Positions 50,711 to 64,000 of a DNA stretch of 64,000 nucleotides are shown here, in pieces. Each line of letters starts with the position of its first letter. The first letter of the stretch is position 1. The translations under genes were made by a program, and so were the position numbers. This DNA comes from Isurus oxyrinchus (taxonomy: Eukaryota), in the NCBI GenBank assembly GCA_026770705.1, contig JANJGN010000042.1, forward strand, positions 3,720,001 through 3,784,000, in the 5' to 3' direction. The notes under the pieces were generated by a model. The model was not told the DNA's origin. It did not search any database and worked only from the letters and a program-made list of their open reading frames with translations.

Positions 50711-53277
50711 ATCAGCTCCAGTTGTTGTGAATTCTCTGAATTCCCTGCTTCAGTCAGCCGTCACACTGCTGTTATTCCTTTACAGATTTGTGGATCAGTG
50801 GTGGCACTCTGGCCTCAGAATCAGAAAATGTTATTTTAAGTCCCAGTCCGGAGATTGCGTTTTTAATGTAGACTGGCATTTCGGTGTACAACTGTGGGAG
50901 CTTTCGAATGTATTGTACTGAAGCACGGTTTGCTTTCTCTGTTACACATAAATGATGGCATATTTCAAGAAGGGCATTGCAGGTCTCCCAGTGCCCTGAA
51001 TTAATACTTCATGTCGGCAGAGCAGCAGACTCCATCTGAACATGACTTTAATGGTGGAATGTGTTGTCAACACTGGGAAGGGACAAAGATGAAGAAACTA
51101 CAACCATTTGCATGCGTTTATTCGGACAGCAGGCACGTTCTGTTGAAGAGTCATGCGGACTCGAAACAATAACTGTGTTCCTCCTAGCAGATGCTGTCAG
51201 AAAAGCTAAGGTTTTTAGATGTATTTTTATTTTTGATTTCGTTTAATACAAATGCGGCTCATCCCACCATTTGACAGCGAACACACGGTCTGCAGATTCA
51301 ACATCAATATCTATTGTATAAAATGGCAAACTGCATTTGATATTCACAAGTCTATAACTTGGTACTCCGCGGTATATCTGTGTGTGCAGGAATGGACAGT
51401 GTTAAAGTCACACGGATTCTGCTCAATAACAGAACAGTTGTGGTGTATCAGTTGTGGGCTACAACATTCAGTTGTGACAGTGAAAACTTCACATTACATA
51501 TTGAAGAATTTCGATAGGAGGAATGGAGATAGGAATGCTGGAATGGAAGAACGAAATCAGGAAGGGGAGAGGAAGGATGAAGTTAGGAAGGTGAGTAGGA
51601 TGGAAGGGAGGAAACTATAGATCTGCCTGATCTGTTGGTGAGCATCTATTCTCAACCAATATAATAAAAAGGGGTGATATCGTCAGGATCATATTGCTGC
51701 TTTTTGGGAGCTTGCTGGGCTAAAGTTTCCTGACGTGCTTCCTAAATTTATTTTATTTGTTTCATAGGATGTCGGCATCGCTGGCAAGACCTGCATAAGC
51801 TGTCCATTCCTAAATGTCACTGAGCTGAATGGCTTGTTAGGGTATTTCATCAAAGGGCAGTCATCAATCAATCTGGAGTCACATAGAGGCCAGACCAGGT
51901 AAGGGCGACAGAATTCCTTCCCCGAAAGATATGAGTGAACCACATGGGTTTTGTGACAATCACTGATAATTCACAGACACGATCATTGAAATGAATTCTC
52001 GATTCAGATTTTGTTAAGTTAATTTTACCAGCTTTCCGTGGTGGAATTTGAATATGCATCTTCCAAAGATGAGCCTGAATCTCTGAATAATTACTCTAGT
52101 GACATTGCTAATAAGCCATTGTCTGCTCTCTAAGAGGTGATGTTGCACGGCGTAACTTTACACGTAAAGTACGTAAAGAGCAGCCTTGGTTTCATGTTTT
52201 GCAGGAAAACATTCCCCACCCCCTTGTCTGTTCCAATCCTAATTCATGTCCTTTATTTAAAAAAAAAAAATTCTATAATCAGTTCCCCAGAAATGTACTT
52301 GGAGAGTGAACATGTGGTGTCACCAGCGTTTTCAAATGTTGACTCATTTTCTATGAATATTTTGTCTCATAGAATTGCCCTACTTTCCATTCAGCCTTTT
52401 TCTTCTGTCACCACTCAGTTGGAGATAAGGAGCCGCCGTTAGAGCCGGAAATGCACCTGTTTCGTTCTGTCCCACCTTGTACCGCAACTGTCACTCCCAG
52501 GTTACAGCAGCAGCGAGAAACGTCACCTCACGAGGTGGTTTTAACATAACCTCAACAGTTAAAAATGCCCACTTGTGTTTTACGTCTCATGGAAGCTTTG
52601 CTGTGGCAAAAGCGATATCATTACAATTTCATTGCCTATGCAAATTATTGCACTTGTTAATGTCACAGAAGGAAGTAAAATACAAAGTATCGTTTTGATG
52701 AGCAGTTGGTAACAAATAATGTAACAGAATTGTCCACAGGGGAAACCTTTTATTTATATGTCACTTGATTATTTTTTGTGAAATCCATGCAGGACTCTAA
52801 TATCCTGGTACCTCTAATTGAACTCAAACAAAAAAACAAAGGTTCAATATTTACAAAATATTCCCTGCAAGTTAATGACTACTGCCACGTTCTGTGACAC
52901 GCGACATTATATACAATACGTTGGTGAACTTCAATGTATTTGGTGAAATTCAATCGTAATTTCCAGCTGTTTGTCATTACAACAAGTTCACACTTGCGTC
53001 GAGAGTGAATAATCTAAATTTGATGCTGTAAAAATATATTGCTTCCTTCCCTCTGAATAAACTCGTTATCCTGTTTGGATTTTTGATGCTTGCAGCTTGG
53101 TCGATTGTAACGTTTCCTTTCTCATTGCCTGGAGAATCGTAGCCCTGGTTAACAGCAAAGATTGAACATTACGACATATCAGTGGGGACACAAGAAGGGA
53201 ACATCGATCCTCAATGCGGCTAGTTTCAGAGGTCAATTTGTGCCATTTTCTCTAGGTTACTATGTTAATACACGTTA

Positions 53278-53335
53278 ATGAAAGCGGCAGTGCGCTTACT
53301 CCTTTTCGGTGCCGTGTTTGGAGCACTTATCACGG
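53278..53335 (+). pseudogene. Leader exon of TCR-like V2
   Basis: MKAAVRLLLFGAVFGALIT G|GTAAGT. Hydrophobic, phase 1, with an 85-nt intron to the acceptor at 53420. Confidence 0.88.
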
Positions 53336-53420
53336 GTAAGTATTCTTGGAAGTATTTTTGAACCAAACGTAACAGCACTTTAAAAATGGGTTAGCTTTTG
53401 ATTTTATTCTCCATTTAAAG

Positions 53421-53731
53421 CTAGCCTGACTCAGGAAATCTCGGTGACACAACGCCTCCTGACAGTGGTTTGGACAAAAGGAGGCATTACAACTTCAGAA
53501 TGCTTCTATTTCAGTACCAAGGGTTCCTTCAGCTTATTCTGGGTCCTGCAATACCCGGGCAAAGAATCACAAATTCTACTTCGCAAGATTTTGGCTGGTT
53601 ACCAAATGAGAGCACATTCTGCTCGAAGCCTTTTCTCGTCTGTACTGGTCACTACGAATACCATCATTATCTTAAAATTCTCCAAACTGCGGCTCTCTGA
53701 CGCAGCCTATGTATTACTGCGTATTGACACT
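53421..53731 (+). pseudogene. TCR alpha/delta-like V exon (V2) with +1 frameshift before YYC
   Basis: ASLTQEISVTQ...ECFYFSTKGSFSLFWVLQYPGKESQILLRK...LRLSDAA, then GCC T ATG TAT TAC TGC: an extra T at ~53708 shifts MYYCVLT out of frame. Confidence 0.85.
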
Positions 53732-53770
53732 CACAGCGATTGGAACCAGCCCGACAATCGTACAATAACT
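53732..53770 (+). promoter_or_regulatory. Recombination signal sequence (23-bp spacer) of V2
   Basis: Heptamer CACAGCG (53732-53738), 23-nt spacer, nonamer ACAATAACT (53762-53770). Confidence 0.88.
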
Positions 53771-55859
53771 TGATGGGCCCTTGTGACTTGGAGGTAAGCT
53801 CTCATTGCGACTGTGGAGCCTGATAGTGAGAAGAACAGCACTCGCTATACGGGGTGCTGTCAGGGTCACAGGACAAATATAATATAGCGGTTCAGATAAA
53901 TATTTACAAACGGTACCCAAAGCCTCAAATGTACCAATATGGCTTATAGAGTGCAATAAGTTAGATTCAATTTCCCAGTTATGGATCCAAACATGAAAGT
54001 CATATTTCTCTGGTGCATCTCTAGTGAAATGGTAAAGAAAGACTTCAGCAAGGACTGGACTTACATTATTTAAATTTTTAAAAAAAACTTTGTCGATGAC
54101 GTGAGTTTCAGTGAGTAGCGCATAGTTTCATAGAAAGCATTTCCAAGCGGTTAAGGTAGATCAGTTCAATCAAGGGCAGATTTCCTTGCTTGGGAGGTCA
54201 CTTTGCTTACTATAGATATGTCAGGAATGAGCTAGTCTTCATCTCTCTTGGTTATGTGGTAACCTTCAGCTCCATACGGTATACCCTCAGAAAATGCCTC
54301 CATCGAGGCAGGTGGCTTAAGAAATGCGGGGAGTCCCTGTTGGGCGCTGTAATTGTCTTCCGTTGAATGATTAGATTGGCAGTTCAGCCAAGGGCAAAGT
54401 TTTTTGAGTGATCCTTGCTAAAGCTGATTTTTTTCGCAGCTAAACCGGGAGAAGTAATGTGCTGGAACACGTAACATGTAATAAGAGAGAAAGTAACGGT
54501 CAAAGAGTTGATATTAGGGCAGGTACGCATCAGCTGGTCCTCTTCAACCAGGGAGCTGTAATAGGAATTCCCCAGAAACTTGTGTTTCCCGAAATTCTCT
54601 ATTAAAAGTAAAGGATGAATAAAATCCTTCTGCAATTTCAAACTTACAAAGCGTCAAAACTACACCTGAGCTCAGAAAAGAAAACGTCATTGCCAAACCG
54701 ATGACTAATTTCACAGCAATTCTAAAATTCATACCGTTAACATTGTTAATGATGCGTTTTTGCTCATCAAAACATCAGAAACAACTGGAGACGGATTTCA
54801 ACCAGGTGGAAAATAAAATTTCCATCACAAACAATGGCAATAATATTGAAACCCATAAGTTTAAAATGCATTATGTTAAAACGTCATGACATATGTTTTC
54901 ATACGCAGTTTGTTTATGCTATATCTGCCTTCATAGATATTACATTTTAAACCTGCATGAAATGTTTGAAAATCTATATGAGAAATTGTTATCAATAGTA
55001 TTTTTCTATGCGTGGGTAATAACCACGAATGTGAACATATGGGCTTGAACTTACTAAATTGTCAGATAACTTATAATTTGAACATAGAGGGAGACCATTC
55101 ACTAAAATTACAACACATCGATAAAAGGAAATGTTTGCCATATTTGTCACATGTCTCACAAAGGCATCAGGATGAAACACATACCACATATCACCATCCC
55201 TGTTCTATTCTAGACGACGAAAACGAGCAGAGAATGTTAGAATTAATATTTTTCTATCCTATTCATATGGATAAAATAGATCAGATACAGACGCAAGATG
55301 ACGTTATTTTGAAACTCCAAGCTCCTTTGTCATTCGCTAGAATCATGACTAAAATTATTGACAAATTCATGGCAACATTTATTTGATTCTCTTTGATTTA
55401 TCGATTTCTCTCCTGACTACACCTACAGTCCAATTGCGGTCGAGATTTCCAATGATTCACAATTCTCTGAGTGTGAACATTTATTGCCACCTCAGCTCTA
55501 AATGCCCGATCTCTTACTTAGCACGTAATATATTAATTACACCAAAAACCCTAAATCTAGACTATCACCCAGTATTTGACAAGGGATTAGAGGAAAATCA
55601 CTCCTCTTGAACGTATTCCTCTATTAGGAAATCTATGGTCCTGAGAAACCATCTCTGTTCATCCTGCGACCTACAAATTTTGGTTTCATTTAATCCCAGG
55701 AGCTCTTGTCCCCTGATTAAATCGCGCATTTAATCCATATTACCTTTCCTCACTATACCTACCAAAATGGATAATTTAATACTTCTCCGAGATAAGTGTG
55801 ACCTGTTACGTGTCTGTCTATATCGCCAGAATGTGTCAATTATTTTCCACATCATTAGT

Positions 55860-56255
55860 GGATTGCATAGCTTCATTGTTTTATCGCTGCCTTTTAGCCT
55901 ATTTCGATCCCTTCCCTTTATCCCACTCCACCCCCACTAGGTCTATCTGTACCTTGTTTGTCATGCTTTCTACCCTTAATTAGAACATTCCTTAGATAAT
56001 ATCACCACCTTCAACACCTCTTTGTCCTTTTGTCTGTGACATCATTTGGTTATCTCCAACTATCACTGGCCCTCTATCCAGCTCTACCTGTTCCCCATCC
56101 CCCCGACACCCCACTTAATCCAGCTTATATTTCACCTCTCTTCTATTTTTACTTAGTTCTGTTGAAGAGTCATATGGACTCGAAACGTTAACTATGTTCC
56201 TCTCCGCAGATGCTGCCACACCTGCTGAGTTTTTCCAGGTATTTTTTATTTGTGT
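55860..56255 (+). mobile_element. Penelope-like element 3' terminal repeat (young-looking copy)
   Basis: Pyrimidine-rich 3' region ending in a hammerhead-like motif and the gatgctgcca.acctgctgagtttttccagg tail shared with 32895-33110 and 51135-51240. Confidence 0.7.
56154..56194 (+). ncRNA. Minimal hammerhead-like motif with variant core (CUGUUGA)
   Basis: TAGTT-CTGTTGA-A-GAGTC-ATATG-GACTC-GAAA-CGTT-AACTA. Stems I and II are perfect 5-bp helices and stem III is palindromic AACGTT; A6 of CUGA is U. Confidence 0.55.
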
Positions 56256-56439
56256 TACCTAAATCTGTATTCCTCCTTCCCCTTGCAGTAAGCAACAGCA
56301 ATCCATTTGCCATCCACATCAATTGTTGCTTCTGGATTCCAGCTTTCCTTTTGTTATTCATGTAGCAGAACACAAAGCTCCCTCTGTACAGAAGAATTCT
56401 GCAATATCTTTCAATTTAAATATAATAATGCTTTTTGTT

Positions 56440-57230
56440 CTCCACTATCCTGCCAACGTGGACACCGCAACAGTTTCATGTGCCCTAAATTCCCACTTAA
56501 TTAACAGTCCCTATGTATCCTCACTGACCATTCGTTCATCAGTTCCCATGTTTCTGAAATTTAATTTCATGATTGCTCCAAATGTATCCTTCCTGACCAA
56601 TGCATTAAGAGCCCCATAGGCCTGGGCTGCCGATTCTTTATTAGTCGTCATATATTCTTGCTGACCACGCCATTGTTAGTCCTGGATTTCTGAGTGAACC
56701 CGTTATTATCAGTCTCCATATCTCGGATTTTACCTTGGGATTCTTCGTCTCCATGTAACCTTACTGCCAATTCAATCATCATACAAGTATCCTGACGGAC
56801 CATAGACTTTTCAGTCATCATATACCCTTATTGAAAGTTCAATAGTCTATATTCTTGCATTCACAGAAAACATTTTATTTATGCTCCCCATCTATTCTAC
56901 TGAGCATTTAATTCTCAGTCCCAAAGTATCCTTCAAGACCATTGTATTAACGTTTCCCATCCATCATTCCAGGCCATTCGATTGCTTTGCCCCATGTATC
57001 CATCCTGATCATTCAATTTTTAACACGCGTATTTGATCACTGACTTGCTTTATCAATCACCATGCTTAATTACAGGTCACTTCGTTGACAGTTCCCATGT
57101 TCCCTTACAGACCAATGCATTTTCAAACCTCACGTTTTATTAGCCCCTTTGTGTCCTTAATAATTTACATATTTGCAGTCCCCTTTTATCCATACTAGCC
57201 ATATATTATCAATTCCCGTTTGTCCTTGAT
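56440..57230. repeat. Degenerate ~35-bp minisatellite
   Basis: Recurring cagtccc.atgtatcct.actgaccatt.g.tt.t units. Confidence 0.7.
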
Positions 57231-58139
57231 CTGCCTCTTTCAACTCTGTGAAGTTGTTAGATAATCATTTAATTTGGAAGCCTGATATTGTATGGTAACA
57301 TGATATCACATGGACACTGATTACCATGTATATGAATCTGTTCCATTCAGACCAGTTGCTGTGAGACTGCATTGTTCACCTAATTTGTCTTCCAAAGTTG
57401 CTTTTTTAAAGTTATTTTATTCATTTTGGATAAATTGACTCTGTTTACATGGCACGTTATTTTTGATGTACTATAAAATAGAAAATCATGGGATAAAAGC
57501 ATGAATTCACGTTGTTTGGTCCTTGACTGTAATTAATGTAAACCAGTGTGTAGTTGTATTGCCTCAGTAGGGAGTTCCTATGTATTATAAATAGATATTA
57601 TTTTTGCTGTGAGTACCGGTGTTTAGTTGACTGTTGTTCACGTTACAAACCATAATCTTTGGATACCACAAACAGTCAAATAATTTTCTGGAACCTTCCA
57701 ATTCGAGTCCAGAAACTTTGGACAATTTATGATTTAGAAGAAATTTACTACCCACTCATTGCTACACTAGGTTTGCCAACTGAGTTATCATTTCGGAAGT
57801 TACTTATGGACACTGCACTTCACTACACATAAACTAATTTACATCAGATTATTACATGTTTACTGCATAATCCACGTGCTCTGTTTAAGATGCTTGAGAC
57901 ATGTAATATTTGATCTTTCGCTGATTCTGTCTTGTATTTCAATAAACATTTTCAGTTTCTCATGACCTGCTTCAACTAGCAGTCTCTGAAGTCTTGAACA
58001 AAATCCATTCATAATTCAGGTCCCTTCAGTTTGCTTTCTTTCCACCGTCTCCTGCTCCTTCATGTCATGACTGATTCTGGATTGACAGTGTAGATGAAAA
58101 CCTGTAACACATGTTCTCGTAAAATGTTTATTCGACTGA

Positions 58140-58615
58140 TAGCTGGGACGGGGTGAGAGGCTTATTTTATGAGGACAGTTTGGTCAGGCCTGGGACTGTA
58201 ACCATTGGAGTTTAGAAGATAGAGAGATGAGCTTAGTGAAACATATATGACCCTGAAGGGACTTGACAGGGTGGATGCTGAAATTGTGATTCCCTCTGTG
58301 GGAGGGTCCAGAACTAGGAGAGAGAGTTTAAGAGGGAGATGAGAAGATTTGTTTCCCCTTTTTTTCTCTCGGGGGGCGCTGAATGTTTGAAACTCTTTTC
58401 TGTGGAGAGCGGTTGAAGCAGGATCATTCAATGTTTTTAAGGTAGAGAGAGATGCATTCTTGACTAACCAGCGAGTCAAAGGTTCTCAGGTGGCGGAGAG
58501 AAGTACACAGAATGCGGAGTTGAGGCCAAACTCACATCAGCTGTGACATTATTTAAAGATAGACCAAACCAGAGATGCTGAAGGGGCTACTTGTGCCCCT
58601 AATTCATATGTACGT
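58140..58615 (+). mobile_element. CR1-type LINE 3' end
   Basis: LGLYPLEFRR*RDELSETY...LDRVDAE followed by CR1 3' UTR. Confidence 0.85.
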
Positions 58616-61600
58616 ATTTCCCAAATGAAATTATTTATTTGCACTGTTCAACCACAGTTCAGGAGATATTGATGAGGTGAACACAGGCTAATCAGCATCT
58701 CGAAACTGTTCAAGCTGGTTTAAAAAGGAATACGTTTCTTTAAGTCGTGTTTATCCCATTAACCAACCAGCCATTTGACAGTTTTGAATCATTTGTCAGA
58801 AACAGTTGCGGAGCAGCAATCTAAAATGGCTGCCTCTGCATTTCGGCACTGTAATATTGCCCCGAATAATAAGAAAACACTGCCTTTCTTTCAATATTTC
58901 CTGAATAACTTGAATCCTGGGACATGAAGCATTGAGCCCTCCTACTCTTTGAGCTCGATTTTAACTATTGACACCAGGTAATGTTCTCACTTGGCTATAT
59001 GTGTCCCCAACCTGCTTAATGACCCATTGTACATGTGCAAATATGAACGACAAAGTAAAGTTAGAAATGGTGGTGTTTTCTAAAATCCCCAAAACGCTAT
59101 GCTGTTTCTAATTCTAGCGGGTAAAAAAAAACATGGCCGATCTGGAAACATGCATATTGAAAGCACCAGGGCTAATGTTTCGAGTCCAATGGTTCTACTT
59201 TGGAACTTCATTTCCTATGGTGCAAAAAAGGAGTCATTCAACTCCCAACGTTTATTCAGATTTCTTTCTCCACATTTCTTCTCAGACCTGCTCAGTTTTT
59301 ATTTCCTGCAATTTCTGTTTATATTTCAGATTTTCAGCACCCCGGTATGTTGCTTCCATCTAACTGTCTTCCCCTTCCTGCATACACCTTGATTTATATT
59401 TTCTACTTAATCTAACACGTTGCTCCCCAACCTGTGTCGCATTAGGTTACTCCACAATAGTTATCCTTCCTGCAAAGACAGCGTTCGGCCTTCTGAGTTG
59501 TAACCCATAAACATTGAGCCTTATCCTCCTGCTCTTCAGCTGATCCGAATGTCTCAGGAACCTCAAGCCCTCCCTGCTGCATCATGCTGCAACCGTGTAT
59601 TGATCTGCCTTCTACGCCCATTTCTACTCTCGTTATTGTGTTGCATTAGGAGTACTTGAGGAATTATTCATTTTGAATTGTAACCGCCTCAGTTCCTTAT
59701 ACTCCGACTGAATGGTCTCTGTCATATTTCTCTTTATGTAATTGGTTCTGATATGAACAGCATATTCTTCCCCGACACACAGAGCGTTCTGCACCTTCTC
59801 CATAAGGCCCCTTAAACAGGCATCAGGAAGGAAATATACCACAGATGTCACACGTAGATAGTAGTGAATTGCACTCCTGCATCCTGCATTCTGAGTCCCC
59901 AAATACTACTATGGCCTCACAATTTGCAGTATGGAAGGATTCCCCTGGTTCCTGTACCGTCCTTGATTCGCGTTGTCAGTTTCAGAAAACTATTTTTTTT
60001 CTACATCTTGTCATCCGGATAGAATACATGCACAAAGCATCCTCTGATATATTCATTCCTTTCACCACAGCCACACCACGTATCCACAGCTCCATTTCCC
60101 CATTGCTTCCCCAGGCTGTCAAATACTCAGTCTAGCTTATTCACTCTTTATTCTTGGAGCTTCCTGTGGGCTGACTGCTCTACGTTTATTTATTCAATTC
60201 ATTCATTCATGTTCCTGCTGCTAACCCCTTCACATCTTGCATATTCTAGCCCTTCCTGAAAGACATATTAACGAAAAAATATGTCTCTGATATTCCATCC
60301 AGGAAGCCAACTATCTTAAAATTTGAAACATTTCCCGTTCGTTGGGATTTACAACCCTCTCCAAATATCTGCATCAGCAGTCAACACGTGCAAATTTAAT
60401 AGGGTCACAAGTTAATGAGGAATTAACTTGGCTGTAAATTCTGAGCTGTTTATATAAGTGAAGAAATTACTGAGGTGCTTTCCATAATCGTTCAGTCCTC
60501 CTCAGATAAGGGGAAGGTGGGAGATTTGGAGAATTGTGAAATTCACGCTCTTGTTCAAAGGGACGCTCTGTGCACAATTTAAGGAAACACAAGACAATTT
60601 GATACTCAGTGTTGGTGGGAAATACATAGCAAACGTTGAACTGGAAAAATTAGGAAAGAAAAGATTAAATGACTTAAACCTGGCGGAATCTTTGAATTCA
60701 AATCGTCTTTAATGTCACAATTGAAATAGGGACCAGAAACTTTCAACAGCGGATGATAGCGGTGAACTGGTAATGCCACTTGACTAGTAACCTAGAAGCC
60801 AACGCTAATGCACTGGGGACACGTGTCCATTTCCCACCATTGTAGCTCGTGAAATAAATTCATACATCTGAGCTCTAAAACCAATCCCAGTGATTGTGAT
60901 ATGGAAATTACATTTGTTGTCGTTAGAATATAAATCTGATACACTTATGCCCTTTAGGGAATGGAATTTACCATTCTAACCTGATCTGGTGCAGCCTATA
61001 TGTGACTTCAGACCCACAGCAATCTGGAAGGCTTTCAACTTTCCTCTGAAATATTCAGTTCAAGAGCAATTCTAGACGAGTAGCAAATTCTGCATGTGCC
61101 ACATTTGCCTACAGACCATGAAAGAGCAAAGAAATATGGAACCATGGCTACTTATTAAAACATCTGTAACAATATTGTCTGTTACCCCTACGTGTCCACT
61201 GTTTAACATAGGAAATAGAAGGCTATACAAGTGTCAACTAAGCAAACGTTGAATTCTATCTGTCTTACGCCCTAACATCAAAAATTAAAATGAGTTAAAA
61301 ATGAATTATCAGGTAAATTGATGTCGAAATCAAACTATAATTTCAACATTAAAAGATCAATCTGGAGTGCACTGCCTCAAGATGTGGTAGAGCAAGATTC
61401 AATTATGAGATTGACAAGTGAATTATTAAGCTCCTGACGGGGGGAATGGGGTGGTGGGGGGGGGGGGGGGCGGTGGGGGAAGGGGTCTGGTGAAAGGGCA
61501 GGGCAGTGTTTTGAACTGAGATGTCCTTATAGATTGGAATAGTATATAATTTAGTTGCCTTATGAATTGCCTCAGCAGTTCACTCAGATTGTAGTGATCA

Positions 61601-64000
61601 CTTTCAGCCAGAAGGTCCATCAAGCTCTGTGTTCCACACGAGGAATTTAAGCCCCGTCATTCTAGGAGCAATTTTGATGCGCACCCGACAGCAGAGCACA
61701 ACCAAACTGTGTTTCTGGGTACAGTCTTCATCATAAAACAGACACATATGCAGAATCTTTTCAACTCAGTCTGGATGGTGCAGATAGACCAAAGCTGCCT
61801 CAAAATAACAGAAAAAACTTGAACAGCTAAATATTTGTTTATTCTCAGCTTTTGGATCCAGCCTCCGTCTTCCTCAGCCCTCTCAAGGCTACTGCACCAG
61901 TGGACGCATTCAGCTGCCATTGCTCAGCTCGGACTAATCAGTGCGCTTATATATCTATAAAACAGGTCCAGTGTGACAGAAGGCTTGATTTATGAACCTC
62001 AGCTTGTTTTTCTCTTTCCTAAGGAGCTGAGAAGATCAGTTTCCCTTCTATGCTCGCCTGTTCTGCTTGAACATCTGTTCGTTTTCAGTTTAGTTTCTGT
62101 TTTAGTTAGGGTTTGCCTCAAAAAATAAGTACAACTGAAATAAAAACCACACACACACACTACAGTAAATTGATTGTTTTTTTTTTATGAAGTAAAAGAA
62201 AAAGACTAACGAGGGTAATGCATTGGATCGTGTACATGGGCACCAAAAAGACATTTCATGCATGGTCACATAGTAACCTTTCCAACAGAATTGAAGCCCT
62301 TGGTATAAAGTAAACAATAGATGCATCAGTTGGAGTCTGGTCAAGTGACCGGAAACAGTGAGTAGCGATGAACCGTTGTTTTTTTTTCAGTTGGGGAAAC
62401 AGTATGTACTTTCGATTCCCAAACATTGGTGTTCAGTCTTCTTTTGAAAAATCTATATTGACGACCTGGTCTTGGAGTAAATGATGCAATGTCAAAATTC
62501 GTCAATGACGCATAACTTGGCGGTAGTTTCAAATAGGAGGAGGATAATGATTCACATGAAAAATGACTTGGATAGACATGGAATGGGCGGATCCCTGGCA
62601 GGCCAATGGTGTACGATTTTTAATTCTAAAGGGAGTTTAGGATCGGTAGGAGCTGGGGATATATGAAGATGCTAGGGTGGGTAGAACAAGTCGTCTAGAT
62701 AAAATACTTTACTTATACTCTGCTTTGAGAATAGAGGGACAGACTGAAACAACACTGAAACTGGAGAGCGACTGAGTGCAGAACTGAATTCAACCAAAGT
62801 CATCAACTTCAGGGGAGCAGCGAGAGAGGGCAGAACGTTTGTCTAGAAATTAATGCAGCCAACTTCAAACATTTCAGGGGAAGAAGAAGTGGGAGAATAT
62901 CAATGTAGAAGAAAACACAGCAAGGATAAGCAACTTCAGGAAAAAGAGAGAAGGATAGATTGGCATTGGGAATATAAACAGCAAGAATCAAAAATGGCAG
63001 GAGAGTAACGGGAGATGTAACTGTGCATGACAAATTTAAAACAGCCAGAGCAGCATAGTCAGGATTGAAGAGAGCAAGGACGCATTGAGATGTAAACTGC
63101 ACTAGGCCGAGGTCAGCCGCTTCGGGGCAGCAAAGAGAGAATGGACAGAGAGGGGGAGAGAGTGATGGATAAATAAGTTTAGAACAGGTACCAGCAGGAG
63201 TCAACGCCTTGAAGGCAGGCCATAAAGAGATGTACCAGTGCGTGTAGAATTGAAATCTGTCGAGGCCAGCATCCCATGCTCTTCTATTCCTGTGCCTCCT
63301 TTAGAGTTTATTTCTTTATTTTACATTGTCCCCCTTATTATTCCTGCCAACATCAATCAAATTGCACTTCTTAGCATGGAATTTCATCTGCAGTCTATAT
63401 TTAGATAATTGACGTGCAACATTATAATTACTGTATGATTCTTGCACCTCTCTGTAATTTCTTTGCAAAATTGTTTCTCTGCATCCATTCAACTGGTTAG
63501 TTGTCTAAATACTACACTGCTTAATGTTTTTGCACCTTTTTCACATCTTACATTCAGCCAGTGAGATTGTTTTCATTGACCCCTCTGGAAGATCTCTCTC
63601 TGCAGGACTGTAACATCTTTAATCGCCACTGACACACCCTCCAACCTTCCTTTTCTTCATTTCCAGTTTCTCCAAAGCAGCTTGTATCCAGGAATATTTA
63701 TTGCCCAGCCCTGATCTCTTTGAGCCAAGCTTCTGTTATAGCCAAAATACCATAATTACATTTGTCAACCTGTGCCTGTAGTTCACCAATCTTATTAACC
63801 ACACCCCGTGCATTCACATAAATGCATATTAATCCTGATTTAGGCACTTAACATCTTTCCTCCTACACTGACCTCATCTAACGATTTACCATTACTATCT
63901 CTGACACTATCACACTCTTCAAGTGTTCCATTTCCCGTGACAATACTGCCTGATATATCCTCCTTATCGATTCATGTTTACCTCTTCCTTCTGCTAGTTT

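Noticed and set aside
52270-52560. Minus-strand Ig-like words (VTFLAAAVTWE, FENAGDTTCS)
   Set aside because: Several stops, no first Cys/Trp pair and no clear splice sites.
61480-61740. Minus-strand V-like words (TQKHSLVV..., KLYTIPIYKDISVQNTAL)
   Set aside because: Lacks the conserved Trp, YYC and RSS; too weak to call.

Overview
Eukaryotic, repeat-rich genomic DNA, most likely from a cartilaginous fish (inferred from the repeat families and gene types; not checked by search). It contains one 142-nt assembly gap. The left ~43 kb is a cluster of two-exon GPR139/GPR142-like class A GPCR genes: one possibly intact first exon whose second exon lies outside the window, three clear pseudogenes, and a tandemly duplicated exon-2 fragment. 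C2H2 zinc-finger relics and a possible NLR N-terminal exon are interspersed. The right part holds two T-cell-receptor alpha/delta-like V segments, each with a 23-bp-spacer RSS. One has an intact V exon but a doubtful leader; the other has a perfect leader but a +1 frameshift. Weaker IgV-like relics lie nearby. The rest is decayed CR1 and L2-like LINEs, tRNA-derived SINEs, Penelope-like elements whose terminal repeats carry minimal hammerhead-ribozyme motifs, a Harbinger-type Myb/SANT relic, and degenerate minisatellites. The most notable observations are (i) a conserved homeodomain + O/E(EBF)-like + TATA promoter module in front of the GPCR genes, resembling olfactory-receptor promoters, (ii) a GPCR array directly abutting TCR V segments, and (iii) the hammerhead-bearing Penelope repeats. 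Repeat boundaries are approximate and were read by eye.
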